DNA of 64,000 nucleotides from Opitutaceae bacterium (lineage in GTDB: Bacteria; Verrucomicrobiota; Verrucomicrobiia; Opitutales; Coraliomargaritaceae): positions 32,001 through 96,000 of the forward strand of contig JBPOFY010000012.1 in NCBI GenBank assembly GCA_051252375.1. The letters run 5' to 3'. Numbering within the stretch: position 1 is the first letter of the stretch; each line of letters starts with the position of its first letter. Under the pieces are notes generated by a model. It searched no databases, was not told the DNA's origin, and saw only the letters and a program-made list of their open reading frames with translations. The translations under genes were made by a program, and so were the position numbers. Below, piece after piece: positions 55,787 through 64,000 of the stretch.

Positions 55787-56300
55787 TTTTCAGCGTTACT
55801 TCCCCTGGACATCGTTGCTTTCGACGCCCGTGGTCGTTGGCTTGGCGACATTAGGACCACTTGGTCTGGTCAAGAAAGGTCCTGGCACTGTGGGCAGTGT
55901 GGCTGGCATCGGGCTTTATGGAGTCTTCTTCTATAATAGTTCGTTTATGGGCTTTGTCTTGTGGGCAGCCTTATTGACCTATCTGGCGATCGGTATTTGC
56001 GATGCAGCTGAGCGTCGTCTGCAAATGCGTGACCCCGGCATGATAATTCTGGATGAGTTCATCGCCGTGCCGCTGGTTTTCTTTGGTATGGGCGGGCACA
56101 ATGGTCTGATTGCCGCACATGGTGGTTGGCCTGTGTTGCTCGGCGGTTTTGCGCTATTTCGATTATTCGATATTTTTAAACCTTTTGGTATTTCGAAACT
56201 ACAGAATTTGCCCGGAGGCTTAGGTTGCGTGGTGGATGACTTGGCGGCAGGCGTCGTGTCCTGTGTCTGTCTGCACCTGATTTTGCATTTTATCTTTTAA
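55770..56300 (+). CDS. pgpA: Phosphatidylglycerophosphatase A
   Basis: PGT.GS, DPG..I.DE, F.LFRLFDI.KP, GG.G...DD..AG. Confidence 0.92.
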   Translation: MANPNSFQRYFPWTSLLSTPVVVGLATLGPLGLVKKGPGTVGSVAGIGLYGVFFYNSSFMGFVLWAALLTYLAIGICDAAERRLQMRDPGMIILDEFIAVPLVFFGMGGHNGLIAAHGGWPVLLGGFALFRLFDIFKPFGISKLQNLPGGLGCVVDDLAAGVVSCVCLHLILHFIF

Positions 56301-56347
56301 GTTAGGAATAATTCAAGCCGCACTGCGTCCTATTCGAAACAGACAAT

Positions 56348-56875
56348 ATGAGATTTGATTCAATAATAGACGCAGTTCATTCGGCCTTAGAGCAGGAGCT
56401 CGACTTGCTGGCGGTGCTTTCAGCTGAATATTACCGCGCCCCGACGGACGGATTTTACACCAGTAGTGTAGGCATGCATTTACGCCATAATATTGGGCAT
56501 TTCACAGCGTTCTTCGATGGTTTAGATGTGCGGCGTATTGACTACGAATGCCGTGAACGAAACACGATGATTGAGGAGTCGAGAGAAGTTGCTGCAGAAT
56601 TGATACGAAAGTATATGCTTCAATTGGATGCTTTGCGCTCGCATGAAGAAATCACGCTTGAAGTGCGTGAAGAAAGTGAAGCGGGGGTTCTACACCGAGA
56701 TTGGCTGCCCAGTTCGCTCGGGCGTGAGTTGCAATTTTTACTCGGACACACAGTGCATCATAACGCATTGATTGCTATGATTGTGCACGGTCGTGGCGTA
56801 GTTTTGCCTGCGAGTTTTGGAGTGGCTCCTTCGACGCAGCGATACGAGCAAGGGAAACACCCCGCGTCTTCATAA
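56348..56875 (+). CDS. DinB/DUF664-like four-helix protein
   Basis: SSVG.HLRH, IDY..R.R, SS..REL.F...HT.HH.A.I, FGVAPST. Confidence 0.85.
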   Translation: MRFDSIIDAVHSALEQELDLLAVLSAEYYRAPTDGFYTSSVGMHLRHNIGHFTAFFDGLDVRRIDYECRERNTMIEESREVAAELIRKYMLQLDALRSHEEITLEVREESEAGVLHRDWLPSSLGRELQFLLGHTVHHNALIAMIVHGRGVVLPASFGVAPSTQRYEQGKHPASS

Positions 56876-56881
56876 CTGGTT

Positions 56882-57607
56882 ATGTGCACGCTTAGCTGGT
56901 GGGCAGTCGAGACCGAGCGCGGCATCGTATTTAATCGCGATGAGAAGCGGACGCGTTCGCATGGCGAGGTGCCTCGTGTGGTCGAAGGCGATTCCGGTCG
57001 ATCAATCTTAACGCCGCGTGATCCCGATGCGGGAGGCACATGGGTGGGTGTGAATGAGTGCGGCTTGATTGTCGCGGTCTTAAATAATTATCCCTTCTTC
57101 CAGGAGGCTCAACCGGGGCAACGTAGTCGTGGTAAATTGGTTTTGGAATTACTCGATCGCTGTGAGACGGCTGCTGATTGTATGGAGGTGATGGGGGGAT
57201 TGGACGCCTCTATTTACCCCGGTTTTCTGTTATTCGCATTCGGTCGTGAAGATGGTCCACTCGCCCGAGAGTGGGATGGCGAGTCACTGACTGAGCTTTC
57301 TTTGACTGGTGAGGGAGGCTTGCACGTGCTGACTTCTTCCTCTTTCCGACGGGAAGACTGTGAGGCGTTTCGTTTTGATTTGCTTGCCGGTCAAAATCGA
57401 GAACGAGCTGCTTTGAAGGCAAAACATGGTTCATTTAATTTGGATGATCCCGCACTCGGTCCAGTGATGGTGCGCGAGGACGCTGCGACCGATTCGATTA
57501 CAGAAATCGTGGTCGGACCGAACAATGCACACATGTGGTTTCAAACTGTGCGAGGTAATCCGCCAGTGTTGAGCGAGGCCGAAGCGTTTCGGATACCACT
57601 TTTATAA
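56882..57607 (+). CDS. NRDE/TANGO2 family Ntn-hydrolase-like protein
   Basis: N-terminal MCT, NRDE motif, P.D..AGGTW.GVN, SRG.LV. Confidence 0.9.
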   Translation: MCTLSWWAVETERGIVFNRDEKRTRSHGEVPRVVEGDSGRSILTPRDPDAGGTWVGVNECGLIVAVLNNYPFFQEAQPGQRSRGKLVLELLDRCETAADCMEVMGGLDASIYPGFLLFAFGREDGPLAREWDGESLTELSLTGEGGLHVLTSSSFRREDCEAFRFDLLAGQNRERAALKAKHGSFNLDDPALGPVMVREDAATDSITEIVVGPNNAHMWFQTVRGNPPVLSEAEAFRIPLL

Positions 57608-57644
57608 TTGGTATTCTTTGAGCGAATCTGAAAAGTAGAGAAAG

Positions 57645-60218
57645 ATGCGTTTAAGATTCGTTATCATATTATGGATGCTGGCATTAGTGCTATCTACTGG
57701 ATATCGAGTGTATCGTGGACTGGTGCCTCCGCCGCAGGAGGATCAACTTGTTTTTGTTGCCGAGGTGGCACCCTCGGTGGCGAGCAGTGGTCGTGTGCGC
57801 TTGGCTTATCGTGATTTGAACCCACAAAAATCTGGGGTGCCGATACTCTTGTTGCACGGTAACCCCATGGCTGGTCGAGCCATGTTGCCTTTGGCAAAAG
57901 CGCTTGGTGCAGAGCGACGTATTTTGATTCCGGATTTACCAGGTCTTGGCTTTACTGAGCGGAATTTGGTGCGCTACTCGGCCGAGAATCAGGTCGAAGT
58001 ATTACTTGATTGGATGGATGCGATGGCACTCGATCGCGTTCATGTTGTGGGTTATTCTCAGGGTAGTGCAGTGGCTTTGGAGCTGGTGAATAGTGCCCCA
58101 TTACGGATGGCTAGTGTGACTTTCATTGCCGGTGTCGGGCTACAGGAGCATGAACTACTGGGGCGTTATGAATGGAACCAACCGATCTATACTGCCTATC
58201 GCGGTTTTCTTTGGTCGCTACGTTGGTTGACGCCGCATTTCGGATATTTTGACGCGCCGATGTTTGGTCCCGCCACCGCGCAGAACTTTGCGGACACCGA
58301 CCTGCGGCGGAATGAAAGCATCTTGAGGCAATTGGATGGCCCAGCTTTGATACTGCATGCGGTCTATGATCGCTTGGTGCCATTTGCGGCGGCTCAAGCA
58401 CATGCGATGCTATTGCCTCAGGCGGATTTCTATGAACTGCCCGGAGGGCATCTGGGTTTATTCAGCGATACGGAGTTGTATGCTGATGCGCTCAATCGGT
58501 TTATTAAAAAGGTTGAAGCAAGGGACTCAATGTTGGAGCTATTTCGCCCGGGTGATCAACCTGCAGCTGGTATTCAACTGTCAGATAACCCCTCGCTTTT
58601 TCAGGATGCTCTGCTGGCTACTTTACTATTCGTATTTGTCTTCTTTTCGGAAGATCTAGCGTGCATCGCAGGTGGGATCTTGGCGGCAGGTGGGGCTGTC
58701 ACATTACCTGCTGCGATTATCGGTTGTTTCTTGGGGATCTTTGTCAGCGACTTAGGTTTGTATTTAATTGGGCGTATCTTGGGTGGTCGTGCTTTGCGTT
58801 TAAGTTTTGTCGCTAAGGCTAGCGAGGGGAGTTCGTTCACTCGTTTGCGTAGCGGCTATGAACGAAGCGGCTTCAAGGTGGTTTTCCTGACGCGTTTTAT
58901 TCCGGGAAGTCGTGTGATTGCCTATATCACCGCTGGGGTCATGAAGCTGCCGTTTCCACGCTTTTGCTTATGGTTGGCTGTTGCCGCAGCAGTGTGGACA
59001 CCGATTTTGGTATCCGTCGCTTATTTAGCAGGGCAGCCCTTAATGCATTGGTGGGAGCGATCAGGAGTGGCTGTGTTGCCCTTAATCGCACTCGGATTGG
59101 TGGGCTTGTATGTCGTGCTGCATTTACTCACGCAGTCGATGACTTATCGAGGCAGGCGCTCAATTCGTGGTCGCTGGATCCGTTTGACTCAGTGGGAGTT
59201 TTGGCCCGCGCTGCCAGTGTATTTGCCGGTGTTTTTCTATGGTTGTTGGTTGGCGGTTCGTTATCGCAGCGCGACCGTATGGGCGGCGTGTAACCCGGGC
59301 ATGTATCCCGCCAGTGGATTGGCCTTGGAATCGAAGAGCGAAATTCTCGCTGCGCTCAACGCTAGTGCTGATTGTGTAGCGGATTGGGTGTGTATTCAGC
59401 CTTCGGATGCTTTAGAGGATCGCCTGCTGGCGTTGTCTGATTTCCAAGAGGCGCAGGCGCTCACTTGGCCTCTGGTTTTGAAGCCCGATATCGGTCAACG
59501 AGGTGAGGGTGTGGCTGTGATCCATGATCAAGCGCAAGCGGAGTTGTATTTGCGGGAAAATACGGAGTTGGTGATTGCTCAGCGCTTCATACCTGGTGCG
59601 GAGTTTGGGGTCTTTTATGTAAGAGAACCCGGCGAGGAGAGTCGGTTGTTTTCAATCACAGAGAAGCGCTTGCCCGAGTTGATCGGAGACGGTGTGCGCA
59701 CGGTAGAACGCTTGATCTTGGATGACGCTAGGGCGGTGGCTTTGGCGAAGCATTATTTAAAAGTGAACGGGACTCGACTGGGTGAAGTGCCTGAGGATGG
59801 TGCGCGCATACAGTTAGTCGAACTGGGCACGCATTGCCGAGGGGCCATCTTCCTTGATGGCAATCGTTACAAAAGTGAAGCGCTGCGTCTTAAGTTGGAT
59901 GAGTTGCTGTCGACGTATGAGGGCTTTTATTTCGGGCGATTTGATTTACGTGTGCCGAGTGGAGAGATGATGGCTCAGGGCGAGGGCATCCGGGTGTTGG
60001 AGTTAAACGGAGTTTCTTCGGAATCGACGGATATTTATGATCCCAAGAACAGCATCCTGCAGGCATGGCGGGTCTTGTGCGCGCAGTGGGCGTTGGCATT
60101 CCGTATCGGTGCGGCAAATCGTGCGAAGGGAGCCTCTGTGCCGACCGTGAGAGAGATCGTTTCAGTGCTTCGAGGGCACCGTGCGCGGTCGCCTTATGAG
60201 GTGTCATCTGAAACTTAG
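57645..60218 (+). CDS. Fusion protein: alpha/beta hydrolase + DedA/VTT + ATP-grasp-like domain
   Basis: LLHG, PDLPG.G, GYSQG, D.LVP, GGH; SEDL......G, DLGLY.IGR, RFIPG.R; WEFWP, NPG, KPD.GQRG.GV, E.GVFY.R, G.HCRGA.F, GRFD.R, ELNG. Confidence 0.85.
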   Translation: MRLRFVIILWMLALVLSTGYRVYRGLVPPPQEDQLVFVAEVAPSVASSGRVRLAYRDLNPQKSGVPILLLHGNPMAGRAMLPLAKALGAERRILIPDLPGLGFTERNLVRYSAENQVEVLLDWMDAMALDRVHVVGYSQGSAVALELVNSAPLRMASVTFIAGVGLQEHELLGRYEWNQPIYTAYRGFLWSLRWLTPHFGYFDAPMFGPATAQNFADTDLRRNESILRQLDGPALILHAVYDRLVPFAAAQAHAMLLPQADFYELPGGHLGLFSDTELYADALNRFIKKVEARDSMLELFRPGDQPAAGIQLSDNPSLFQDALLATLLFVFVFFSEDLACIAGGILAAGGAVTLPAAIIGCFLGIFVSDLGLYLIGRILGGRALRLSFVAKASEGSSFTRLRSGYERSGFKVVFLTRFIPGSRVIAYITAGVMKLPFPRFCLWLAVAAAVWTPILVSVAYLAGQPLMHWWERSGVAVLPLIALGLVGLYVVLHLLTQSMTYRGRRSIRGRWIRLTQWEFWPALPVYLPVFFYGCWLAVRYRSATVWAACNPGMYPASGLALESKSEILAALNASADCVADWVCIQPSDALEDRLLALSDFQEAQALTWPLVLKPDIGQRGEGVAVIHDQAQAELYLRENTELVIAQRFIPGAEFGVFYVREPGEESRLFSITEKRLPELIGDGVRTVERLILDDARAVALAKHYLKVNGTRLGEVPEDGARIQLVELGTHCRGAIFLDGNRYKSEALRLKLDELLSTYEGFYFGRFDLRVPSGEMMAQGEGIRVLELNGVSSESTDIYDPKNSILQAWRVLCAQWALAFRIGAANRAKGASVPTVREIVSVLRGHRARSPYEVSSET

Positions 60219-60276
60219 TTCGGGCGAGTCTTCATTTTTCTCTTTTCCTTCTACGGAGGATGGGAGAGAAGAGTGC

Positions 60277-61509
60277 ATGCCTTGGTATCTTTACCATGCC
60301 TTGAAGCAGTTGTTTCCTTCAGGGCGTTTCTTTTCCTTTTTCTCTCTCATGTCGATCATGGGGGTGATGTTGGGCGTCTGCGTGCTGATTATCGTGCAGA
60401 GTGTGATGAATGGTTTCGGTGAAGGCATTCGTCAGCGATTGGTGGAAACTCAGGGCGATATACGGATACGCTCGAATGAGGTCGTTTACGATTGGGAGAC
60501 CTATATCGAGCAATTGCGGGAGGAAGACATGGTTGTTGCCGCGGCACCTTTCGCTGAGGGGATCGTGATGCTGCAGCATCAGAGTCGGCCACAGTTTCCA
60601 ATGATTCGTGGTGTTGATCCCATTGCAGAGTCCGAAGTGATCGATCTGGAGGGCTTCCTGACTTTAGGTAACCTCGACGACTTTGATGATGAAGGTGTCT
60701 TTTTAGGTGAAGGTTTGGCTTATGCCTTGAAGGCGGGACCTGGCTCTGTGGTTGAGGTCTTCACTCCGCTGATGTTGGAGCGCTTGAAGAAAGATGAGGT
60801 TTTGCTGCCGCGTGAGTTCACCGTTATCGGTCTTTTTCGCACAGGTTCACCGCAGGTGGATGGTAATATGATGATTTCCACGCTGCGTGTGATGCAGGAA
60901 CTGTATGGCCTAGATGAAGGTGCGCATGGGATATCTGTTAAGCTACGCCCCGGAGTGGATGCACTCGAGTATTCGAATGAATTGGAAGCACGTGTGTTGC
61001 GCCCTGGCTTAGAGGCTGTGAGTTGGTTAGAGTCGAATCGTGATTTTCTTTTTGTAATCGAACAGGAGAAACGCGTGATTTCGTTCATCATCATTTTCAT
61101 TATACTAGTGGCTTCTTTCTCAATCACGATTGCTTTGATGATGGCGGTGATGCGTAAGACACGCGAAATCGGGCTCTTGGTTGCGATGGGTGCTAAACCT
61201 AGGCAGGTGGCTTATAGCTTTTGTTTTCAGGGTTTCGTCATCGGCACAATTGGCACGGTCTGTGGCATTGGGATGGCATTGCTTTGTTTACACTTTCGTC
61301 GACCGATTCTGGTTGGTTATACGAAGTTAACCAATTCGGAGGTGAATTTCTTGGGGGTCTACGACGTCTATGAAATTCCAGTGCATTATTTGGCCTCTGA
61401 TTTTGTTACGGTGACTTGTTTTGCTATTATTATTTCCACGCTCGCGGGTTTGGTCCCCGCCTTGCGAGCTGCTCGTCTTAAACCCGCCGATGCTTTGCGT
61501 AGTGAATAA
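60277..61509 (+). CDS. lolE: Lipoprotein-releasing ABC transporter permease LolC/E
   Basis: S..GV.LGV..LI.V.SVMNGF, K.REIG.L.AMGA, PA.RAA.L.PA.ALR.E; start ATG 60277. Confidence 0.9.
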   Translation: MPWYLYHALKQLFPSGRFFSFFSLMSIMGVMLGVCVLIIVQSVMNGFGEGIRQRLVETQGDIRIRSNEVVYDWETYIEQLREEDMVVAAAPFAEGIVMLQHQSRPQFPMIRGVDPIAESEVIDLEGFLTLGNLDDFDDEGVFLGEGLAYALKAGPGSVVEVFTPLMLERLKKDEVLLPREFTVIGLFRTGSPQVDGNMMISTLRVMQELYGLDEGAHGISVKLRPGVDALEYSNELEARVLRPGLEAVSWLESNRDFLFVIEQEKRVISFIIIFIILVASFSITIALMMAVMRKTREIGLLVAMGAKPRQVAYSFCFQGFVIGTIGTVCGIGMALLCLHFRRPILVGYTKLTNSEVNFLGVYDVYEIPVHYLASDFVTVTCFAIIISTLAGLVPALRAARLKPADALRSE

Positions 61510-62188
61510 TTCAAGCGACATACTATTGGAGTCCAGAGGTCTGGTGAAATCATTTCCCGGAGGGCTTGAGGGCGAAATCTCTGTGTTGAGCGGTATCGAC
61601 TTTAAAATCTCGCGCGGTGAAACCGTGAGCATTCGAGGTGAGTCCGGTAGCGGTAAGTCGACCTTGTTGAATGTTTTATCCGGACTCGAGACGGCAGAGA
61701 GTGGCGACCTGTTGTGGAATGGGGAAAGTGTCTCCAAACGTTCGCTTTCTTGGCTGGCTGCACGGCGGGCGAAATTTATCGGTTTTGTATTTCAAGCTTA
61801 CTACTTGGCGCCGGAGCTGAATGCACTTGAGAACGTCTTGCTCGGCGCACGTATCGCCGGTCGGGTAGATCGAGCCGTGGTGGATCGAGCGGAGGCGCTG
61901 TTAAAGAAAGTAGGGATGGGGCATCGCTTGAAGCATAGCTCGACCAAGCTTTCAGGTGGCGAGCGTCAGCGTGTGGCGGTGGCCCGTGCTTTGATCAACA
62001 ATCCACCATTGGTCTTGGCTGATGAGCCGACCGGTAATTTGGACGAAGCAACTGGGGAGGCAGTGATGGAGCTCCTTCTGAATCTCGCGACCGAGGAAGG
62101 AAAGAGCTTGGTCTTAGTGACGCATAACCCTGACTTTGCGGCGCGCACACAACGGCAACTGCATTTGCATTTGGGGCAGTTTAGTTGA
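61502..62188 (+). CDS. lolD: Lipoprotein-releasing ABC transporter ATPase
   Basis: [41 protein letters not shown] start overlaps the lolE stop. Confidence 0.9.
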   Translation: MNNSSDILLESRGLVKSFPGGLEGEISVLSGIDFKISRGETVSIRGESGSGKSTLLNVLSGLETAESGDLLWNGESVSKRSLSWLAARRAKFIGFVFQAYYLAPELNALENVLLGARIAGRVDRAVVDRAEALLKKVGMGHRLKHSSTKLSGGERQRVAVARALINNPPLVLADEPTGNLDEATGEAVMELLLNLATEEGKSLVLVTHNPDFAARTQRQLHLHLGQFS

Positions 62189-62284
62189 GTTATCAGATAA
62201 GGTAATCCTCTCATCTGATTTTGCCTTTTATCTTGTCATCAGTGGACTCTTTAGCCATTCGATGGTGCTTTTATTTAAAGACTT

Positions 62285-62689
62285 ATGGAACAAACACTTA
62301 TTATTCTTAAACCAGACTGCATGGAAAAACGCATTGCAGGTGAGGTTATTTCACGTTTCGAGCAAGCTGGTTTCGAGATCATTGCATCCAAGATCATGCG
62401 TCTTGATAGCGCGATTCTTCGTGAGCATTACTCGCACGTTGCGGACAAACCTTTCTTTCCAGAGATTGAAGGCTTCATGAGCAGCCGTCCAGTGATGCCA
62501 ATGATTCTTGCTGGCGATGACGTGATCGTCAAAGTGCGTGAATTACTCGGACCTACAAATTCTGCAGATGCGCCAAAGGGCACGATTCGTGGTGATTTAG
62601 GCACTGATATGATGCGCAATGTGGTGCATGCTTCAGATAGCCCAGCCGCAGCGGTTGCTGAAAAAACACGCTTCTTCCCAGAACTATAA
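62285..62689 (+). CDS. ndk: Nucleoside diphosphate kinase
   Basis: T.IILKPD, HY.H..KPFF, GTIRGD, N.VHASDS. Confidence 0.96.
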   Translation: MEQTLIILKPDCMEKRIAGEVISRFEQAGFEIIASKIMRLDSAILREHYSHVADKPFFPEIEGFMSSRPVMPMILAGDDVIVKVRELLGPTNSADAPKGTIRGDLGTDMMRNVVHASDSPAAAVAEKTRFFPEL

Positions 62690-62692
62690 ACT

Positions 62693-63172
62693 GTGAAAGT
62701 TAAAACCGGACTGGGGCTGGATAGTCATCGTTTCGTCGAGGGCGAAACAGAGAAGCCTTTTGTGTTGGGTGGTGTCGTCTTTGACGACGCGCCCGCACTT
62801 TCCGGTAACAGCGATGCGGATGTGATTCTACACGCATTGACCGACGCGATCAGCGGTGTGACCGGTGTGACGGTGATCGGTGCAGTGGCGGACAAAATGT
62901 GCCGTGCCGGCGTGACCGATAGTAAAGCTTATCTCGCAGTGGCTCTGGAGAGTTTGGGAGACTGGCGCTTGAGCCATGTTTCGATTGCGCTCGAATGCTT
63001 GCGTCCGAAGATCGATCCAAAAGTTCCTGTGATTCGCGAATCGATTGCGGGTTTGCTAGGCTTGGAAGTCGCCGACGTTTGCATCACCGCAACGACGGGT
63101 GAGCAATTGAACGACGTGGGTCGCGGCTTGGGTATTCACGCAACTGTCATCGTGACAGCTGTTGACGAGTAG
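62693..63172 (+). CDS. ispF: 2-C-methyl-D-erythritol 2,4-cyclodiphosphate synthase
   Basis: G.G.DSH, LGGV, SDADV.LHALTDA, ATT.E.L...GRG.GI. Confidence 0.9.
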   Translation: MKVKTGLGLDSHRFVEGETEKPFVLGGVVFDDAPALSGNSDADVILHALTDAISGVTGVTVIGAVADKMCRAGVTDSKAYLAVALESLGDWRLSHVSIALECLRPKIDPKVPVIRESIAGLLGLEVADVCITATTGEQLNDVGRGLGIHATVIVTAVDE

Positions 63173-63182
63173 TCGCTCTCGC

Positions 63183-63569
63183 TTAGTGCTCTAGGATCTC
63201 GACTTCGTAGCCGTCGGGATCGGTGATGAAGGCCATCTTTTTGCCATCGATGAATTTCTCGCGCCATTTGCTGGGCCAGAGGTCGATTTTAAGGTCCAAG
63301 CCTTCGAGCATTTCGCAATAGGCGGCGATGTCGTCGACGCGGATACAAGTATGGGCGAGGTCTTCCGGCACATTGACTTCGTAGTCGGCCGAGTGGGTGA
63401 GCTCCAGCTTGTGGGCGCTGCCAGGTATCTGGAGGTGCGCAAGTTGATTACCGCTGGGCGATTTGTCTGTGCGGCGAAGGACTTCGAAGCCACAGGTTTG
63501 GCAATACCAGTCGATGGATTGCTCTAAATTGGAGACACGGATACGGGTGTGGTCGAATGTAACAGGCAT
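63183..63569 (-). CDS. VOC/glyoxalase family (lactoylglutathione lyase-like)
   Basis: HTRIRV.NLE.S..WY, LELT, H..I.VDD, AFI.DPDGYEVE; start MPVTF at 63569. Confidence 0.88.
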   Translation of the reverse strand: MPVTFDHTRIRVSNLEQSIDWYCQTCGFEVLRRTDKSPSGNQLAHLQIPGSAHKLELTHSADYEVNVPEDLAHTCIRVDDIAAYCEMLEGLDLKIDLWPSKWREKFIDGKKMAFITDPDGYEVEILEH

Positions 63570-63889
63570 AACTTCAGAGTAATACTTTGAACCCGAATAA
63601 TGCAAACGAGTTTTCCGAATGGGAATTCTAGGTGTCTAAGTAATGATAGATCAGCCACATTTCTGATGCATCGCATCAAAAATGTGGTCACCCATATGGT
63701 GTTCGTAAAACTCTTAGGCGGCATGCGCACTTTGCTGCCTATCCGCACTGCGGTCACGTATATATATACGCTCCCTTGCGCTTCAGTTGCAAAGCACACA
63801 TCTCATCCTATTGCATAATCCGGGTCGAAGCGCTAAAAGTGAAAGTGTAAAGTGAGCGGTTTCAGCCTAGCTGTCTGAATGCGTCAGTT

Positions 63890-64000
63890 TTACAAATTCC
63901 GGACCACTGCTTTGGCGACGCCTTGCACGCAGAGCTCGGTGACGGGGTAGAGCTCCGGGTAGAATTTATTTTCGGCTTTAAGGTAGGGGTGTTCGCCCGG
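63890..64000 (-). CDS. C-terminal end of a LexA/S24-family protein (partial)
   Basis: ...PYLKAENKFYPELYPVTELCVQGVAKAVVRNL-stop matches the S24 tail 'L.AEN..Y........IQGV....R'. Confidence 0.72.
   Translation of the reverse strand, partial: PGEHPYLKAENKFYPELYPVTELCVQGVAKAVVRNL

Noticed and set aside
63600..63889. Short ORFs and an AAAGTG-like repeat between the VOC and lexA-like genes
   Set aside because: No recognisable protein motif; the repeat is too short and degenerate to call

Overview
Gene-dense bacterial chromosomal window. Gene content suggests Verrucomicrobiota, probably Opitutae/Coraliomargarita-like (inferred from the double-length UvrA, 'WA..DP..A' helical-repeat proteins and delta-60/Calx-beta exoproteins with a 'DGDG...S.DL..W' C-terminal domain). 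Housekeeping genes: uvrA, recD2, panB, gpsA, gdh, hslR, malY/patB, rluA-type synthase, ribE, frameshifted prfB, glgP, pgsA-pgpA, lolC/E-lolD, ndk, ispF, and the end of a lexA-like gene. It also carries a wza/wzc exopolysaccharide export locus and two tRNAs (Cys-GCA and a CAT tRNA). The unusual content is: (1) several families of small palindromic or tandem-repeat elements, including a fixed 39-nt heptamer-armed inverted repeat and GTAG/GGAG REP doublets, with about eight inserts sitting in frame inside uvrA; (2) a GxxExxY nuclease gene bracketed by octamer-repeat inverted arms; (3) an IS4-like MITE with a 10-bp target duplication that carries a REP doublet; (4) a nine-heme secreted cytochrome gene flanked by a 54-bp direct repeat of the neighbouring gene's 3' end; (5) an A-rich island after the CAT tRNA encoding TcmP-DUF5131-TcmP-DUF2971; (6) a DinB-NRDE-(hydrolase/DedA/ATP-grasp fusion) operon of unknown function. 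All family calls come from motif recognition by eye; no database searches were run.
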